DNA of 64,000 nucleotides, taken from contig JAVRCV020000053.1 in the NCBI GenBank assembly GCA_034530615.2, positions 64,001 through 128,000 on the forward strand, written 5' to 3'. Below, piece after piece: positions 33,379-43,404 of the stretch. Under the pieces are notes generated by a model, which did no database searches, had not been told where the DNA came from, and saw only the letters and a list, made by a program, of their open reading frames with translations. Position numbers and translations under genes: made by a program. The DNA comes from Aulosira sp. ZfuVER01 (GTDB lineage: Bacteria > Cyanobacteriota > Cyanobacteriia > Cyanobacteriales > Nostocaceae). Position 1 is the stretch's first letter. Every line of letters begins with the position of its first letter.

Positions 33379-33620
33379 GTAGGGGTTTAGCAATGCTCAT
33401 TGGTGTCAACTTAAGCTAAAAATAGCCTCTCCGGTAGCTTTGTCACTCGCCTGAGAATGAATTCTCAGGCTAATAGCCCAAGTCTACTAAAGTAGACTCA
33501 AGATTTTGAGGATATTTAGTCATCTTCAAATGACTTTTGCTATTAGCAAGGAACTTCAGTTCCTTGCGGGATGAGGGTTTCGCGTTAAGTTGACACGTAT
33601 GAGCAATGCTAAACCTCTAC
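33379..33620. repeat. REP palindrome (left of RAYT) interrupted by MITE
   Basis: gtaggggtttagcaatgct (33379-33397) ... agcaatgctaaacctctac (33602-33620); reconstitutes a 29-bp palindrome. Confidence 0.9.
33398..33601. mobile_element. 204-bp MITE using the adjacent IS4-family element's ends
   Basis: Left end cattggtgtcaacttaag identical to the IS TIR; right end gttaagttgacacgtatg (15/18); 9-bp TSD agcaatgct. Confidence 0.9.
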
Positions 33621-33630
33621 GATATATCTA

Positions 33631-34197
33631 CTAACAAGGTAAATCTAATAGCAATCCTTTATGCTCAGAAACATCACCAGGATTTTTAATATCGCGTTCC
33701 CATACTAAAGGATTATTAATAATGTATTCTCTAATTGCAGCTAAAGATTGTTCATTTCTATTAATATGTTCATAAAAATTTCTTTGCCATACCGAAGATA
33801 TACCTTTTTGATTGCAAATATAATTAATCTTTTTAGTAACGGCACTTTTATAAGATCTAACTACACAAGGTATTGAACCAGCTACCATTTTCCCGTATTT
33901 TCTTGGCTCGTCTTCTCTCTTGGTTGTGTTAATAATCCATAATATCCCATGAATATGATTGGGCATAATTACAAATACATCTAATTGTATATGCGGGAAA
34001 TGTTGAGGAATTTCTCTCCAGGATTCACGGGCAATTGTACCGAGTAAATTTAATTTCATTTGCCCTTGTTTTATATCACCAAAAATACATTGTCTGTCTT
34101 TTGTGCAAATGGTAATAAAATATGCACCCTCTTGGGTGTAATCGTGGTCTTTTAATCTGATGGAACGGCGATGATGAATTTGTGGATTATAGGACAC
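33631..34197 (-). CDS. REP-associated tyrosine transposase (RAYT/TnpA-REP, Y1 HUH)
   Basis: RRSIRL..DY...GAYFITICT, VIMPNHIH (HUH), WQRNFYEH, REYIINNP; flanked by GTAG palindromes. Confidence 0.92.
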   Translation of the reverse strand: MSYNPQIHHRRSIRLKDHDYTQEGAYFITICTKDRQCIFGDIKQGQMKLNLLGTIARESWREIPQHFPHIQLDVFVIMPNHIHGILWIINTTKREDEPRKYGKMVAGSIPCVVRSYKSAVTKKINYICNQKGISSVWQRNFYEHINRNEQSLAAIREYIINNPLVWERDIKNPGDVSEHKGLLLDLPC

Positions 34198-34333
34198 TGT
34201 AATTCTGAGAGATTATCTTGACAAAAGTCTAAATAATTTTTTGTTACGGTCATAATCACAATTATTTTATAATATTGTAATGCCGTAATTTTTTCATCTG
34301 GGAATATCCTATGGGTAGGGGTTTAGCATTGCT

Positions 34334-35745
34334 CATTGGTGTCAACTTAAGCTTGAAGTAACCATAAGATGTAATCTAAGAACATCAATTCAGGTGTTCT
34401 TAGTGATACATCATGAGTAGAAAACGACCAGCGCGAACCGGAAACCCAGATTTGCGGCAGCAAAAGCATGTACCAGCGCCACCAATCGAGGAAATCGAGA
34501 AAGAAATATTTTCATTGCTATCTCCTGTAAGCTTCAAACCCTTGAGATTGTATGAAGACGAACAAAAGAAAAAATTCCGCGACAGAATCTTAACACTGCC
34601 GATGATGATGGCGATCGTGGTGAGTTTAGTATATCGGCAGATTCCTGGGTTAAGAGAAGTGCAAAGGGTATTGTCACAAGAGGGATTGTTATGGGTCGAG
34701 CGAATCGAAGTCAGTGCCCAAGCAGTGTCAAAAAGATTGCGAACATTACCAATAGAATTATTTGCACAAATTTTTGCGCAAGTAATGGCAAGAATCAATA
34801 ATCAACCACAAAATCAAGCAATTCCTGAGAATTGGCAACTAGTATCTCAGAAATTCACAGCCATCTGGATTGCGGACGGTTCAACCCTAGAAGCATTACG
34901 AAGGAAGTTAAAAGCCCTCAAAGAACAAGAAAAAACACTTGCAGGCAAAATGATGATGGTGGTGGAAGCCTTTAGCCATCGACCGGTGACAACCTGGTAT
35001 ACAACCAACAGCAAAGCTAATGATAAAACTTGGTGTGATCAATTACTTGAAAGCTTACCAGTTAGCGGATTACTGATTTTTGATTTAGGATTTTTCAAAT
35101 TTCCTTGGTTTGATGCATTTACAAAAGCAAACAAGTTTTTTGTCACGCGACTGCGAGAAAAAACCTCTTACAAGGTCACTCGTTGTTTAGCTAATGCCCC
35201 ATTCTACCGTGACGAAATTATAGATATGGGAGAATACCGCTCTAATCCTTGTCAGTACCCAGTACGTCTGGTTTCTGTATTGTGGGGTTCAAATTGGTAC
35301 TATGATTTAACAAACGTACTAGATCCGCAAATCTTATCTGCACAGCAAGTTTGTGAATTATATCGAAGACGTTGGCGAGTTGAAGATGCTTTTTTGCTAA
35401 CCAAGCGGCTTTTAGGTCTAGCTTATATCTGGGTTGGTGATAGTCATGGTGTCGAAATTCAAATTTTTGCCACTTGGATTTTTTATGCTGTTCTCAATCA
35501 ATTATGTCTTGATGTAGCGATCGCATTGAATCAACCTTTAGACCGAATTTCTACAGAGATGGTTTTCCGCAGTTTATACCATTTCTCCCAAGCTGTTCTC
35601 CGTGGTGATGCTAGTGAGGCTGTTCCTTATCTTGTCGAACATCAAAAGCTCTTTGGATTAGTCAAAACCAGGCGTAAGCGTCATCGAGAGATTGACGCTT
35701 ACACTCAACAAATTTGGGCTTGATCTTCTTAAGTTGACACCAATG
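34334..35745 (+). mobile_element. IS4-family insertion sequence, 1412 bp
   Basis: Perfect 18-bp TIRs cattggtgtcaacttaag / cttaagttgacaccaatg; 9-bp TSD agcattgct; single transposase. Confidence 0.95.
34413..35723 (+). CDS. IS4-family DDE transposase
   Basis: IADGS, IFDLGF, YRRRWRVEDAFLLTK (YREK motif). Confidence 0.93.
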   Translation: MSRKRPARTGNPDLRQQKHVPAPPIEEIEKEIFSLLSPVSFKPLRLYEDEQKKKFRDRILTLPMMMAIVVSLVYRQIPGLREVQRVLSQEGLLWVERIEVSAQAVSKRLRTLPIELFAQIFAQVMARINNQPQNQAIPENWQLVSQKFTAIWIADGSTLEALRRKLKALKEQEKTLAGKMMMVVEAFSHRPVTTWYTTNSKANDKTWCDQLLESLPVSGLLIFDLGFFKFPWFDAFTKANKFFVTRLREKTSYKVTRCLANAPFYRDEIIDMGEYRSNPCQYPVRLVSVLWGSNWYYDLTNVLDPQILSAQQVCELYRRRWRVEDAFLLTKRLLGLAYIWVGDSHGVEIQIFATWIFYAVLNQLCLDVAIALNQPLDRISTEMVFRSLYHFSQAVLRGDASEAVPYLVEHQKLFGLVKTRRKRHREIDAYTQQIWA

Positions 35746-35760
35746 AGCATTGCTAAACCC

Positions 35761-36720
35761 CTACATTGATTTACTTTTGACACCGCTAATTTTCAAAACG
35801 TCACTCATAGTTGCACAGTAATTTGGTAAACCAAAACTGGCGGGATTGATGGCATTTTCGTAAGTAAAATGTCGATAGTTCATGCAGAATCTATCCCAAG
35901 CAGCCATTTGAATTCGGAAGACGGCAATAATGATGTTGGCTAATGTGATAGATAATGGAATGCGAAAGTAAATCTTTTTACCTAGATAGGCGCAGACTTG
36001 TTCTATAGCTTGGTTAACAGTTAATTGCTGTTGACCTAAAACAAACTTGCGCGGCCCTGTTTCAATAGGAGGATGTTCAATTAAATATTTGACTGTAGTC
36101 GCAATGTCTTTTCCGTGAATAAAGTGGAAACTGCCATCGGCTTGCAAAAACCGAGCTAAATTAATATACTTTGCGACTTCGGGAATTCCAGATGTTACAG
36201 CAGAATAGGGCTTGTTGGCATCGCCGCCTAAAACTAATGTGGGAAAAACTGTGGTAATTTTAGGTGCGATCGCCAATTTTGATATTTGCTGCAAACACTC
36301 ATACTTAGAACTGACGTAATCTGTACCAATTTCTCCAGCTTCTTTGAGTGGTTGATTGTGGCGATTTAAAACGCTAGCTGTAGAAAAGTAAATTACCTGT
36401 TCGCATCTCTCTGGATCTAGCAGCTTCAGCAATTCTAGAGTTTTATTTACATTAATATTAAAGGTTCCATCGCCGCCCCAAGCTGTTGCTGTTAGTACCG
36501 CAATATCAATTGTTGATAGCAATTGGGCAAACTGGCTAATTTGTTGCATATCACCTTGCAACACAGTGATACCTGGACGCGCCTGAGTATCAACTTGCAG
36601 TTTATTGGGGTTCCTAACTAGTAGATACAGTTCGTAATTTGTTTCTTGAATTAAGGCTTCAGCTAGGTAGTGACCGATACAGCCACTTGCACCAGTCACT
36701 AAAATCCGTTTCTGGCTCAT
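35761..36720 (-). CDS. NAD-dependent epimerase/dehydratase
   Basis: ILVTGASGCIG, YVSSK; stop codon lies inside the REP arm. Confidence 0.88.
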   Translation of the reverse strand: MSQKRILVTGASGCIGHYLAEALIQETNYELYLLVRNPNKLQVDTQARPGITVLQGDMQQISQFAQLLSTIDIAVLTATAWGGDGTFNINVNKTLELLKLLDPERCEQVIYFSTASVLNRHNQPLKEAGEIGTDYVSSKYECLQQISKLAIAPKITTVFPTLVLGGDANKPYSAVTSGIPEVAKYINLARFLQADGSFHFIHGKDIATTVKYLIEHPPIETGPRKFVLGQQQLTVNQAIEQVCAYLGKKIYFRIPLSITLANIIIAVFRIQMAAWDRFCMNYRHFTYENAINPASFGLPNYCATMSDVLKISGVKSKSM

Positions 36721-36869
36721 AGAGAATTGTAAGTTTTCTTTATTAGTTGCTTGGGATTAATTTTTAGTTCCCAGTGTAGCGGCTTTTCAAAGGTATTTTT
36801 AAACCGATCGCTTAATAAATCTGTCAATTGTCGGTTGTTAATCATTAACTAACAACTGACAACTGACAA

Positions 36870-36898
36870 GTATGGGTTTAGCAATGCTAAACCCCCAC
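36870..36898. repeat. Empty copy of the RAYT-associated REP
   Basis: gtatgggtttagcaatgctaaacccccac, 27/29 to the reconstituted REP; immediately after the hemE stop. Confidence 0.88.
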
Positions 36899-36900
36899 AA

Positions 36901-37953
36901 CTAAACCAGTACATTCAGTTGTTTTGCAGTTTCAAAGAAGAAAGCGACATTTTCTTCTGGAGTTTCTGGTAGTACACCATGACCGAGATTGAGAATATGA
37001 CCCCAATTTCCAGCTTTGCGAACAGTATCGAGGATGCGATCGCGGATAAACTGTTTGGAACCAAATAACACACCTGGGTCGAGATTTCCCTGAACTTTCA
37101 CGTGCTTACCCAATCTAGCCCGTGCATCCGCCATGTCTACAGCCCAATCTACAGTCACAACATCTGCACCAGATTGAGCCATTCTCTCTAACACGCCTGC
37201 ACTACCGCTAACCAACAAAATTAAGGGTGTGTCAGGATGGGTTTGTTTGACTTGCTCAAAAACCCGTTGCTGATATGGCAGAGCAAAGGTGTCATAATCT
37301 TGAGGACTCAATTGACCCGCCCAGGAGTCAAACATTTGCACAACTTGGGCACCACAGTCAATTTGGTAGCGTGCGTAAACGGCGATCGCATCTGCTAATT
37401 TCCCTAAAAATTGATGCAGAATTGTCGGGTCAGAAAACGCCATGTTCTTGATGATGGAGTAGGTTTTAGAACCTTTTCCTTCTACTGCATAAGCAGCCAA
37501 TGTCCACGGCGCACCGACAAACCCTAATACCGTTGATTGATTCCCTACCTCTTGACGTAACGCCTGCAATATGGTTTTGATAAACGGCAGGGATGTTTCG
37601 GGATCGAAGGGACGCAGGTTATCAACTTGGTCTTGAGTGCGAATGGGCGAGTGAATAATTGGCCCTTTACCTTCCGCAATGTCCATGTCAATGCCCAAAC
37701 CAGGCAATGGCGTAACAATGTCGGAAAATAGAATCACCCCGTCTGGTTGAAAAGCTCGCCAAGGCTGTAGGGAAACCTCTATCGCTACTTCGGGAATTTC
37801 TGAGCGATCGCGGAAAGAAGGATACTTCTCCCTTAAATCTCGATATGCTTTCATGTACCTTCCCGCTTGTCGCATCATCCATACAGGGGGACGGTCTACT
37901 ACTTCACCACGAGCTGCCATGAGGAGTCTAGGAGCTGTTGAGGAAACACCCAT
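36901..37953 (-). CDS. hemE: Uroporphyrinogen decarboxylase
   Basis: [26 protein letters not shown]. Confidence 0.97.
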   Translation of the reverse strand: MGVSSTAPRLLMAARGEVVDRPPVWMMRQAGRYMKAYRDLREKYPSFRDRSEIPEVAIEVSLQPWRAFQPDGVILFSDIVTPLPGLGIDMDIAEGKGPIIHSPIRTQDQVDNLRPFDPETSLPFIKTILQALRQEVGNQSTVLGFVGAPWTLAAYAVEGKGSKTYSIIKNMAFSDPTILHQFLGKLADAIAVYARYQIDCGAQVVQMFDSWAGQLSPQDYDTFALPYQQRVFEQVKQTHPDTPLILLVSGSAGVLERMAQSGADVVTVDWAVDMADARARLGKHVKVQGNLDPGVLFGSKQFIRDRILDTVRKAGNWGHILNLGHGVLPETPEENVAFFFETAKQLNVLV

Positions 37954-38065
37954 TTAACACTTCATCCTAAGTCACTTTTTTATGCCACTGTTTAGCTTAT
38001 CATTCTGAGATTACGCTTTTTCAGGAGTCTGCTCTCACTCTCGTATCTGCTTAACTTAACTTTAT

Positions 38066-38821
38066 ATGCAAGCTGATTCCAACAGTTCTTCTCATGTTGC
38101 ATCTACTCAGAACGCTCCCAAACTGGGAAAGTTTTTGATCCCGCGTTCTCAAACCAGAAGTTTCCTGATCAGATTTACTTTCATGACCTGTTTGGGATGG
38201 GTTGTTGGTGGCCTTGCCAGTATAGCTTTGGAAAATCTTCTCGATGGACTCTCACCCGCTTTTTTTCCAAATCCCCAAACGTGGAACGGCTTTGCTAGCT
38301 TTCTGGGTAGTACTGTCTTTGCTGTGATTTTCGCTGCCGATCAAGCACTGGTTCTGCGTCCATATATACCTGGTTGGTGGTGGTTGCTAGCTACTAGCAT
38401 CGGTTGGTTAATTGCCAACAGCGTTTCTACAGCCTGGATTAACTATATTTCCTCGATTGCCACATCCTTTAACGAAACTTTATCCCCTGAAGCAATGGTG
38501 ATTTTGGGAGGCTTGTCTACTATTTCCTATATTATTTCCGGCATTTGGCTCGGACTTTGCCAATGGCTTGTGTTACGCCGCTACACAGCCAATGCTTGGT
38601 GGTGGAATTTTTTACCAGCAATTTGCTTCTTCTTCATCAGTACTTTAATTTGGCTACTTTCTCTGTTGCAAAATTTTATTCCCGAAGCCAACCGGACTTC
38701 GATATTGTATTGGAATGGGCAAGGATTTACAGCTTTTATTCTGGGATTTATCCCAGCAATTGGCTTGTGTACTTTAAAAAGAAAACAACACCACAAACCT
38801 GTAATTCCTGGCTCATCCTAA
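38066..38821 (+). CDS. Hypothetical multi-pass membrane protein
   Basis: Several hydrophobic helices, repeated Q(W/A)LVLR..WWW units. Confidence 0.7.
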   Translation: MQADSNSSSHVASTQNAPKLGKFLIPRSQTRSFLIRFTFMTCLGWVVGGLASIALENLLDGLSPAFFPNPQTWNGFASFLGSTVFAVIFAADQALVLRPYIPGWWWLLATSIGWLIANSVSTAWINYISSIATSFNETLSPEAMVILGGLSTISYIISGIWLGLCQWLVLRRYTANAWWWNFLPAICFFFISTLIWLLSLLQNFIPEANRTSILYWNGQGFTAFILGFIPAIGLCTLKRKQHHKPVIPGSS

Positions 38822-38851
38822 GATTACTAGGCAGCTAACTGCTGCTTTTTA

Positions 38852-40927
38852 TTGATGATGCATAAGGATAATCTTTTACAAAATATTACTAAACCACCAG
38901 TTGCCGAGAAACACCCAAAAGTTTTAGAGTTACACGGCGATCGCCGCATCGACAACTACTTTTGGCTACGCGATATTGATAACCCCCAAGTTAATGCTTA
39001 TTTAGAAGCTGAAAATACTTATACCGCAGCGATGATGGAACATACCCAAGCGCTGCAAACCAAACTCTACAATGAAATGCTGGCACGGATTAAAGAAACT
39101 GACTTATCAGTGCCATACCGCAAAGATGACTACTACTATTATTTACGTACTGAAGAAGGCAAAGACTATGGCATTTATTGCCGCAAAAAAGGTAGTTTAG
39201 AAGCACCAGAAGAAGTGCTTTTAGATGAAAATGAACTAGCAAAGGAACACGAATTTTTTAGCTTAGGGGTATTTGATATTAGCCCCAATCATCAAATCTT
39301 AGCTTACTCAGTTGATACTAGCGGTTCTGAGCAATACACACTTTTTTTCTTAGACTTAACTACATTTAAACTATCCACTGAAAGTATCCCTGATACCTAT
39401 TTTTCTGTCGCTTGGGCTAACGATAATAAAACGATATTTTATACCAAAATTGATGATGCTAATCGTCCTTACCAACTATTGCGTCATACACTAGGTACTT
39501 CTGTCGATGATGATGTTTTAATTTATGAAGAACTAGATGATATTTACCATTTATATGTTGATAAAACCCGCAGTGAAGAATATATTTTGATGCTTTTGAG
39601 AAGCAGCATCACTACAGAAGTTCACTATTTAGATGCAAATCATCCTGAAGGAGATTGGAAATTAATTCACCCACGAACTACAGGGTTGGAATATGAAGTC
39701 GATCACCACAGCGATTATTTCTATATTGTTACTAATGATGAGGCGACTAACTTTAAACTAGTCAAAACTTTGGTAGATTCCCCAGGTAAAAAAAATTGGC
39801 AGACGATAATTCCCCATCAAGAAGATGTATTGCTATCAGGAATTAGCCTTTTTGCTAATCATTTAGTGATTTATGAAAGAAAAGGTGGCTTAGAAACTGC
39901 CAGAGTAAAAAACCTAGCAACAGGTGAGGAAAGTAATATTAATTTTCCTGAGCCTACTTATGAATTTTACGAAGGCAATAACCCAGAATTTAATACTAGC
40001 ATTCTGCGTTTTCATTACACTTCTTTTATTACTCCGCAATCAGTTTTCGATTATAACATGGAAACTAATCAGCGTGAGTTGAAAAAAGAAACAGAAGTGC
40101 TTGGTGGCTATGACAGAACTCAGTATCAAAGTGAGTGGCTGATGGCTACCGCCGAAGATGGTACACAAATTCCTATATCGATTGTGTACAAACAAGGAAT
40201 TAAAAAAGATAGCCAAAATCCCTTGTTACTTACAGGATATGGTGCTTACGGTGCGTCTTCCTCTGCAACATTTTCCTCAAATCGCCTGACATTGCTAGAT
40301 AGAGGAGTAGTGTTTGCCATTGCACATATTCGTGGCGGGGAAGAAATGGGGCGAAAATGGTATGAACAAGGCAAATTTTTACAGAAAAAGAACACCTTTA
40401 CAGATTTTATCGCCTGTGCAGAGTATTTGATGAATGAAAAATGGACAGCAAGCGATCGCCTCGTAATTACAGGCGGTAGTGCTGGCGGCTTATTGATGGG
40501 AGCAGTCATTAATTTGCGTCCCGAATTATTCAAAGCAGTAGTCGCTCATGTCCCCTTTGTTGATATAGTAACTACTATCTTGGATACCTCATTACCCCTC
40601 TCAGCAATGGAATGGGAAGAATGGGGTAATCCCAACGATCCAGTGTATTACGAATACATGAAATCTTACTCGCCCTACGATAATGTTGAGGCGAAAGATT
40701 ATCCAGATATGCTAATTACTGCTGGCTTAAATGATTCTCGCGTCAAATATTGGGAACCAGCTAAATGGACAGCCAAACTCCGAGAACTCAAAACAGATAA
40801 CAACATTCTCCTGTTAAAAACCAATATGGGTGCAGGACATAGTGGCGCATCTGGACGTTATGAAAGCTTGCGAGAACTGGCTTTTGAGTATACTTTTATC
40901 TTAGAGCGTTTGGGCTTGAACAAATAA
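38852..40927 (+). CDS. ptrB: Oligopeptidase B (S9A)
   Basis: DNYFWLR, HIRGGEEMG, GGSAGGLL, NDSRV, GAGHSG. Confidence 0.93.
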   Translation: MMMHKDNLLQNITKPPVAEKHPKVLELHGDRRIDNYFWLRDIDNPQVNAYLEAENTYTAAMMEHTQALQTKLYNEMLARIKETDLSVPYRKDDYYYYLRTEEGKDYGIYCRKKGSLEAPEEVLLDENELAKEHEFFSLGVFDISPNHQILAYSVDTSGSEQYTLFFLDLTTFKLSTESIPDTYFSVAWANDNKTIFYTKIDDANRPYQLLRHTLGTSVDDDVLIYEELDDIYHLYVDKTRSEEYILMLLRSSITTEVHYLDANHPEGDWKLIHPRTTGLEYEVDHHSDYFYIVTNDEATNFKLVKTLVDSPGKKNWQTIIPHQEDVLLSGISLFANHLVIYERKGGLETARVKNLATGEESNINFPEPTYEFYEGNNPEFNTSILRFHYTSFITPQSVFDYNMETNQRELKKETEVLGGYDRTQYQSEWLMATAEDGTQIPISIVYKQGIKKDSQNPLLLTGYGAYGASSSATFSSNRLTLLDRGVVFAIAHIRGGEEMGRKWYEQGKFLQKKNTFTDFIACAEYLMNEKWTASDRLVITGGSAGGLLMGAVINLRPELFKAVVAHVPFVDIVTTILDTSLPLSAMEWEEWGNPNDPVYYEYMKSYSPYDNVEAKDYPDMLITAGLNDSRVKYWEPAKWTAKLRELKTDNNILLLKTNMGAGHSGASGRYESLRELAFEYTFILERLGLNK

Positions 40928-41120
40928 TTTCTAATTCGTAATTCGTAATTCGTAATTAAGAGAGACAGAGCAACTGCTGAATTGAAAATTTAACGTTTTT
41001 CAATTAGTAGTGTTTTCTTGCCTCTACTAATTACGAATTAGTTTGACCAGTATCTAGTAAAATAAAGATTGCGTTGTCCTATCGCTAACGTCATCTACAA
41101 AACTGACTAGGGAATCAATA

Positions 41121-41891
41121 ATGAGTCGCAAAAAAATAGCTTTTCCAAATGATTTTGAATTTTATTATATTAGTAGCAAGGAAGAAACAGAATATATATA
41201 TTCAGAAATATTTACTGAACAGCAATATCTTCAAAATGGCATTGTCATCAATGAAGGTGACTATATATTTGATGTAGGGGCAAATATTGGATTGTTTTCT
41301 TTGTTTGTTAACAGAATTCAAAATAAAGTCAAAATTTATGCTTTTGAGCCGATCGAGCAAACCTTTCTAACACTAGAGGAAAATACTCGTCTGCATAACC
41401 TTGATAATATTCAATTATTTAATTATGGAATAAGTTCAGAAGATAACCCTGAAAAAATATTTATTTTTTATCCAAACATGGCTGGTAACTCTACCACAAA
41501 GCCAGGTGACATAATAGCTGATGCAGATGATGTTAAGGAAGAAATAGATTCAGAACATATAGAAGACTTATTTACCAGCTTTTTTGAAGAGGAGCAACAA
41601 GTTAAATGTCAGGTGAGAACCCTATCTTCTGTGATGAATGAATTAGGTATTAATTCCATAGATTTATTAAAAATTGATGTGGAAGGTGCAGAATATGAGG
41701 TTCTCCAGGGGATAGCCGACAAGGACTGGCCGAAAATCAAGCAAATAGTTGGCGAAGTTCATAATAAAAAAGGACGAGTAGAGAAAATTCAACAATTATT
41801 AATCTCTCATGGATTTAATATCAAGCTGGAAAAAAGAGAACAGTTGCCATCTACATACGTTGATACCTACAATTTGTATGCTGTGCGCTAA
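41121..41891 (+). CDS. FkbM family methyltransferase
   Basis: FDVGANIGLF, YAFEP, LLKIDVEGAE. Confidence 0.92.
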   Translation: MSRKKIAFPNDFEFYYISSKEETEYIYSEIFTEQQYLQNGIVINEGDYIFDVGANIGLFSLFVNRIQNKVKIYAFEPIEQTFLTLEENTRLHNLDNIQLFNYGISSEDNPEKIFIFYPNMAGNSTTKPGDIIADADDVKEEIDSEHIEDLFTSFFEEEQQVKCQVRTLSSVMNELGINSIDLLKIDVEGAEYEVLQGIADKDWPKIKQIVGEVHNKKGRVEKIQQLLISHGFNIKLEKREQLPSTYVDTYNLYAVR

Positions 41892-41900
41892 ATCTGTTTA

Positions 41901-42098
41901 CTAGTACACATCGGCGGAAATCAACCACCAATTCCAAATCAATAGACTTCTTGCAAAAATAGGGATAGGAAGAAAATGAACCACAGATAAACACCGATAT
42001 TTATCTGTGGTTCGATATCCCAGAAATTAACTTATGCAAGAGGTCTAATGAATGATGACACTGTATTGATTTGGAATTGTGAATTACGGCGTTACTAG
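41901..42098. mobile_element. Nested miniature inverted-repeat elements
   Basis: Inner tagacttcttgca...tgcaagaggtcta (41943-42047) inside outer arms caattccaaatcaat / attgatttggaattg, with ctagta/tactag ends. Confidence 0.65.
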
Positions 42099-43396
42099 GA
42101 GTTTCCAGACCGCATTAAGTCTAGATATGCTTGAAATTTTTTCAGGGCTGTTTCTGGAGATGCACCTAACATTGTGGCTTCAATTGCTCTACCAAGACTT
42201 TCAGACACACGACTATAACCAGAAATAATTGGTCGAGAACCTGATACAGACATCTGCTCAAGAAAAACTTTCAGAGCAGGTTTTTGCTTAAGAAATTCTT
42301 GGTAAGCTTGGCTTTGAGTAGATTTGATATTTACTGGCAAAAAACCTGAGCCAATACTCCATTCGGTTTGGAATTCTTCGCTAAGAACGTATTCTAAAAA
42401 CTTCAAAGCGGCTTGTTCTCTTGTGGGTGTAGTTTTCATGACAAATAAATTGCCACTAGCAAGCACGGTTGCTGGCTGACGGTTAGCAGGAATGGGGAGT
42501 ACATCAAAATCAACTTTACTTTGCATGATGAACGTCCAAGGCCCCGTTAACTGCATAGCAACACGACCGGCAATAAAATCATCTTCTTCATATCCCCGTT
42601 CGGGTGCAGAGAATTTAGTCGAGCCATCTTTAATCAAGTCTTGCCAAAATTGTAAAGCAGCGATCGCACTAGGATTAACCAAATTGGGATGGTTATTTTC
42701 AACCAGCGTTCCACCACTACTTAATAAAAAAGGAAACCATGTAAAGACTGTCCATTCTCCTTTTCCCAAAGGCATTAACATCCCATACTGATCTGGTCTT
42801 TTGTCACCATTCCGGTCTATTGTCAGTTTTTTAGCAACTTGGCGTAATTCTTCCCAAGTTTTGGGTAACTCAGTAATTCCCGCAGCTTTAAACAGATCCC
42901 TTCTGTAAAAAATGCCAACATTACCAGCAAATAGAGGAACTGACCAAATATGCCCATCTAAAAGCATCTCACCAAAGCAATTCTGGATAATTTCTGATTT
43001 GATTGGTGATTTATTGAGCCAATCTTCTAGGGGGCGAATTGCTCCCAGTTCTACAAACTGACCTGTAATCTGGGGATTGAAGAATAAAATATCAGGTTGA
43101 GCTTTGCCAATAACGGCGGTTAAGACTTTGGGTATTTGTTGGTCGAGTTGACCTGCGTAAATAGAATCTACATAAATATCAGAATGATTCTGATTAAATT
43201 TGTCTACCAGTTTTTGAAATATATCTCGATTGGGAGGCGGATTAATCCCATGCCAAAGAGTGAGATGTACGATTTGATTGTTGGCTGGGTTAACAGTTTG
43301 ACAACCGCCGACTGTGAGTAAAAATAGACCCAGTAAAATGACAAATAGCGATCGCCGCAACATCTGGCCAAGTTGATGACTGGATTGTAATAGCAT
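42095..43396 (-). CDS. Sugar ABC transporter substrate-binding lipoprotein
   Basis: Lipobox-like VGGC, LTLWHG, PKTWEEL, AMQLTGPW. Confidence 0.88.
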   Translation of the reverse strand: MLLQSSHQLGQMLRRSLFVILLGLFLLTVGGCQTVNPANNQIVHLTLWHGINPPPNRDIFQKLVDKFNQNHSDIYVDSIYAGQLDQQIPKVLTAVIGKAQPDILFFNPQITGQFVELGAIRPLEDWLNKSPIKSEIIQNCFGEMLLDGHIWSVPLFAGNVGIFYRRDLFKAAGITELPKTWEELRQVAKKLTIDRNGDKRPDQYGMLMPLGKGEWTVFTWFPFLLSSGGTLVENNHPNLVNPSAIAALQFWQDLIKDGSTKFSAPERGYEEDDFIAGRVAMQLTGPWTFIMQSKVDFDVLPIPANRQPATVLASGNLFVMKTTPTREQAALKFLEYVLSEEFQTEWSIGSGFLPVNIKSTQSQAYQEFLKQKPALKVFLEQMSVSGSRPIISGYSRVSESLGRAIEATMLGASPETALKKFQAYLDLMRSGNS

Positions 43397-43404
43397 TTCG
43401 GATT

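Larger units (their letters stand above)
34315..35764. repeat. REP palindrome (right of RAYT) interrupted by IS
   Basis: gtaggggtttagcattgct (34315-34333) ... agcattgctaaacccctac (35746-35764). Confidence 0.9.

Noticed and set aside
34400..34798. Antisense ORF in the IS, and other shadow ORFs (e.g. 19839..20186, 21802..22209, 46851..47309, 47514..48113)
   Set aside because: Opposite-strand shadows of well-supported genes.
33389..35754. Single composite-transposon insertion event bringing in the RAYT
   Set aside because: The outer flanks differ (agcaatgct vs agcattgct) and each element has its own matching TSD, so these are two independent insertions.
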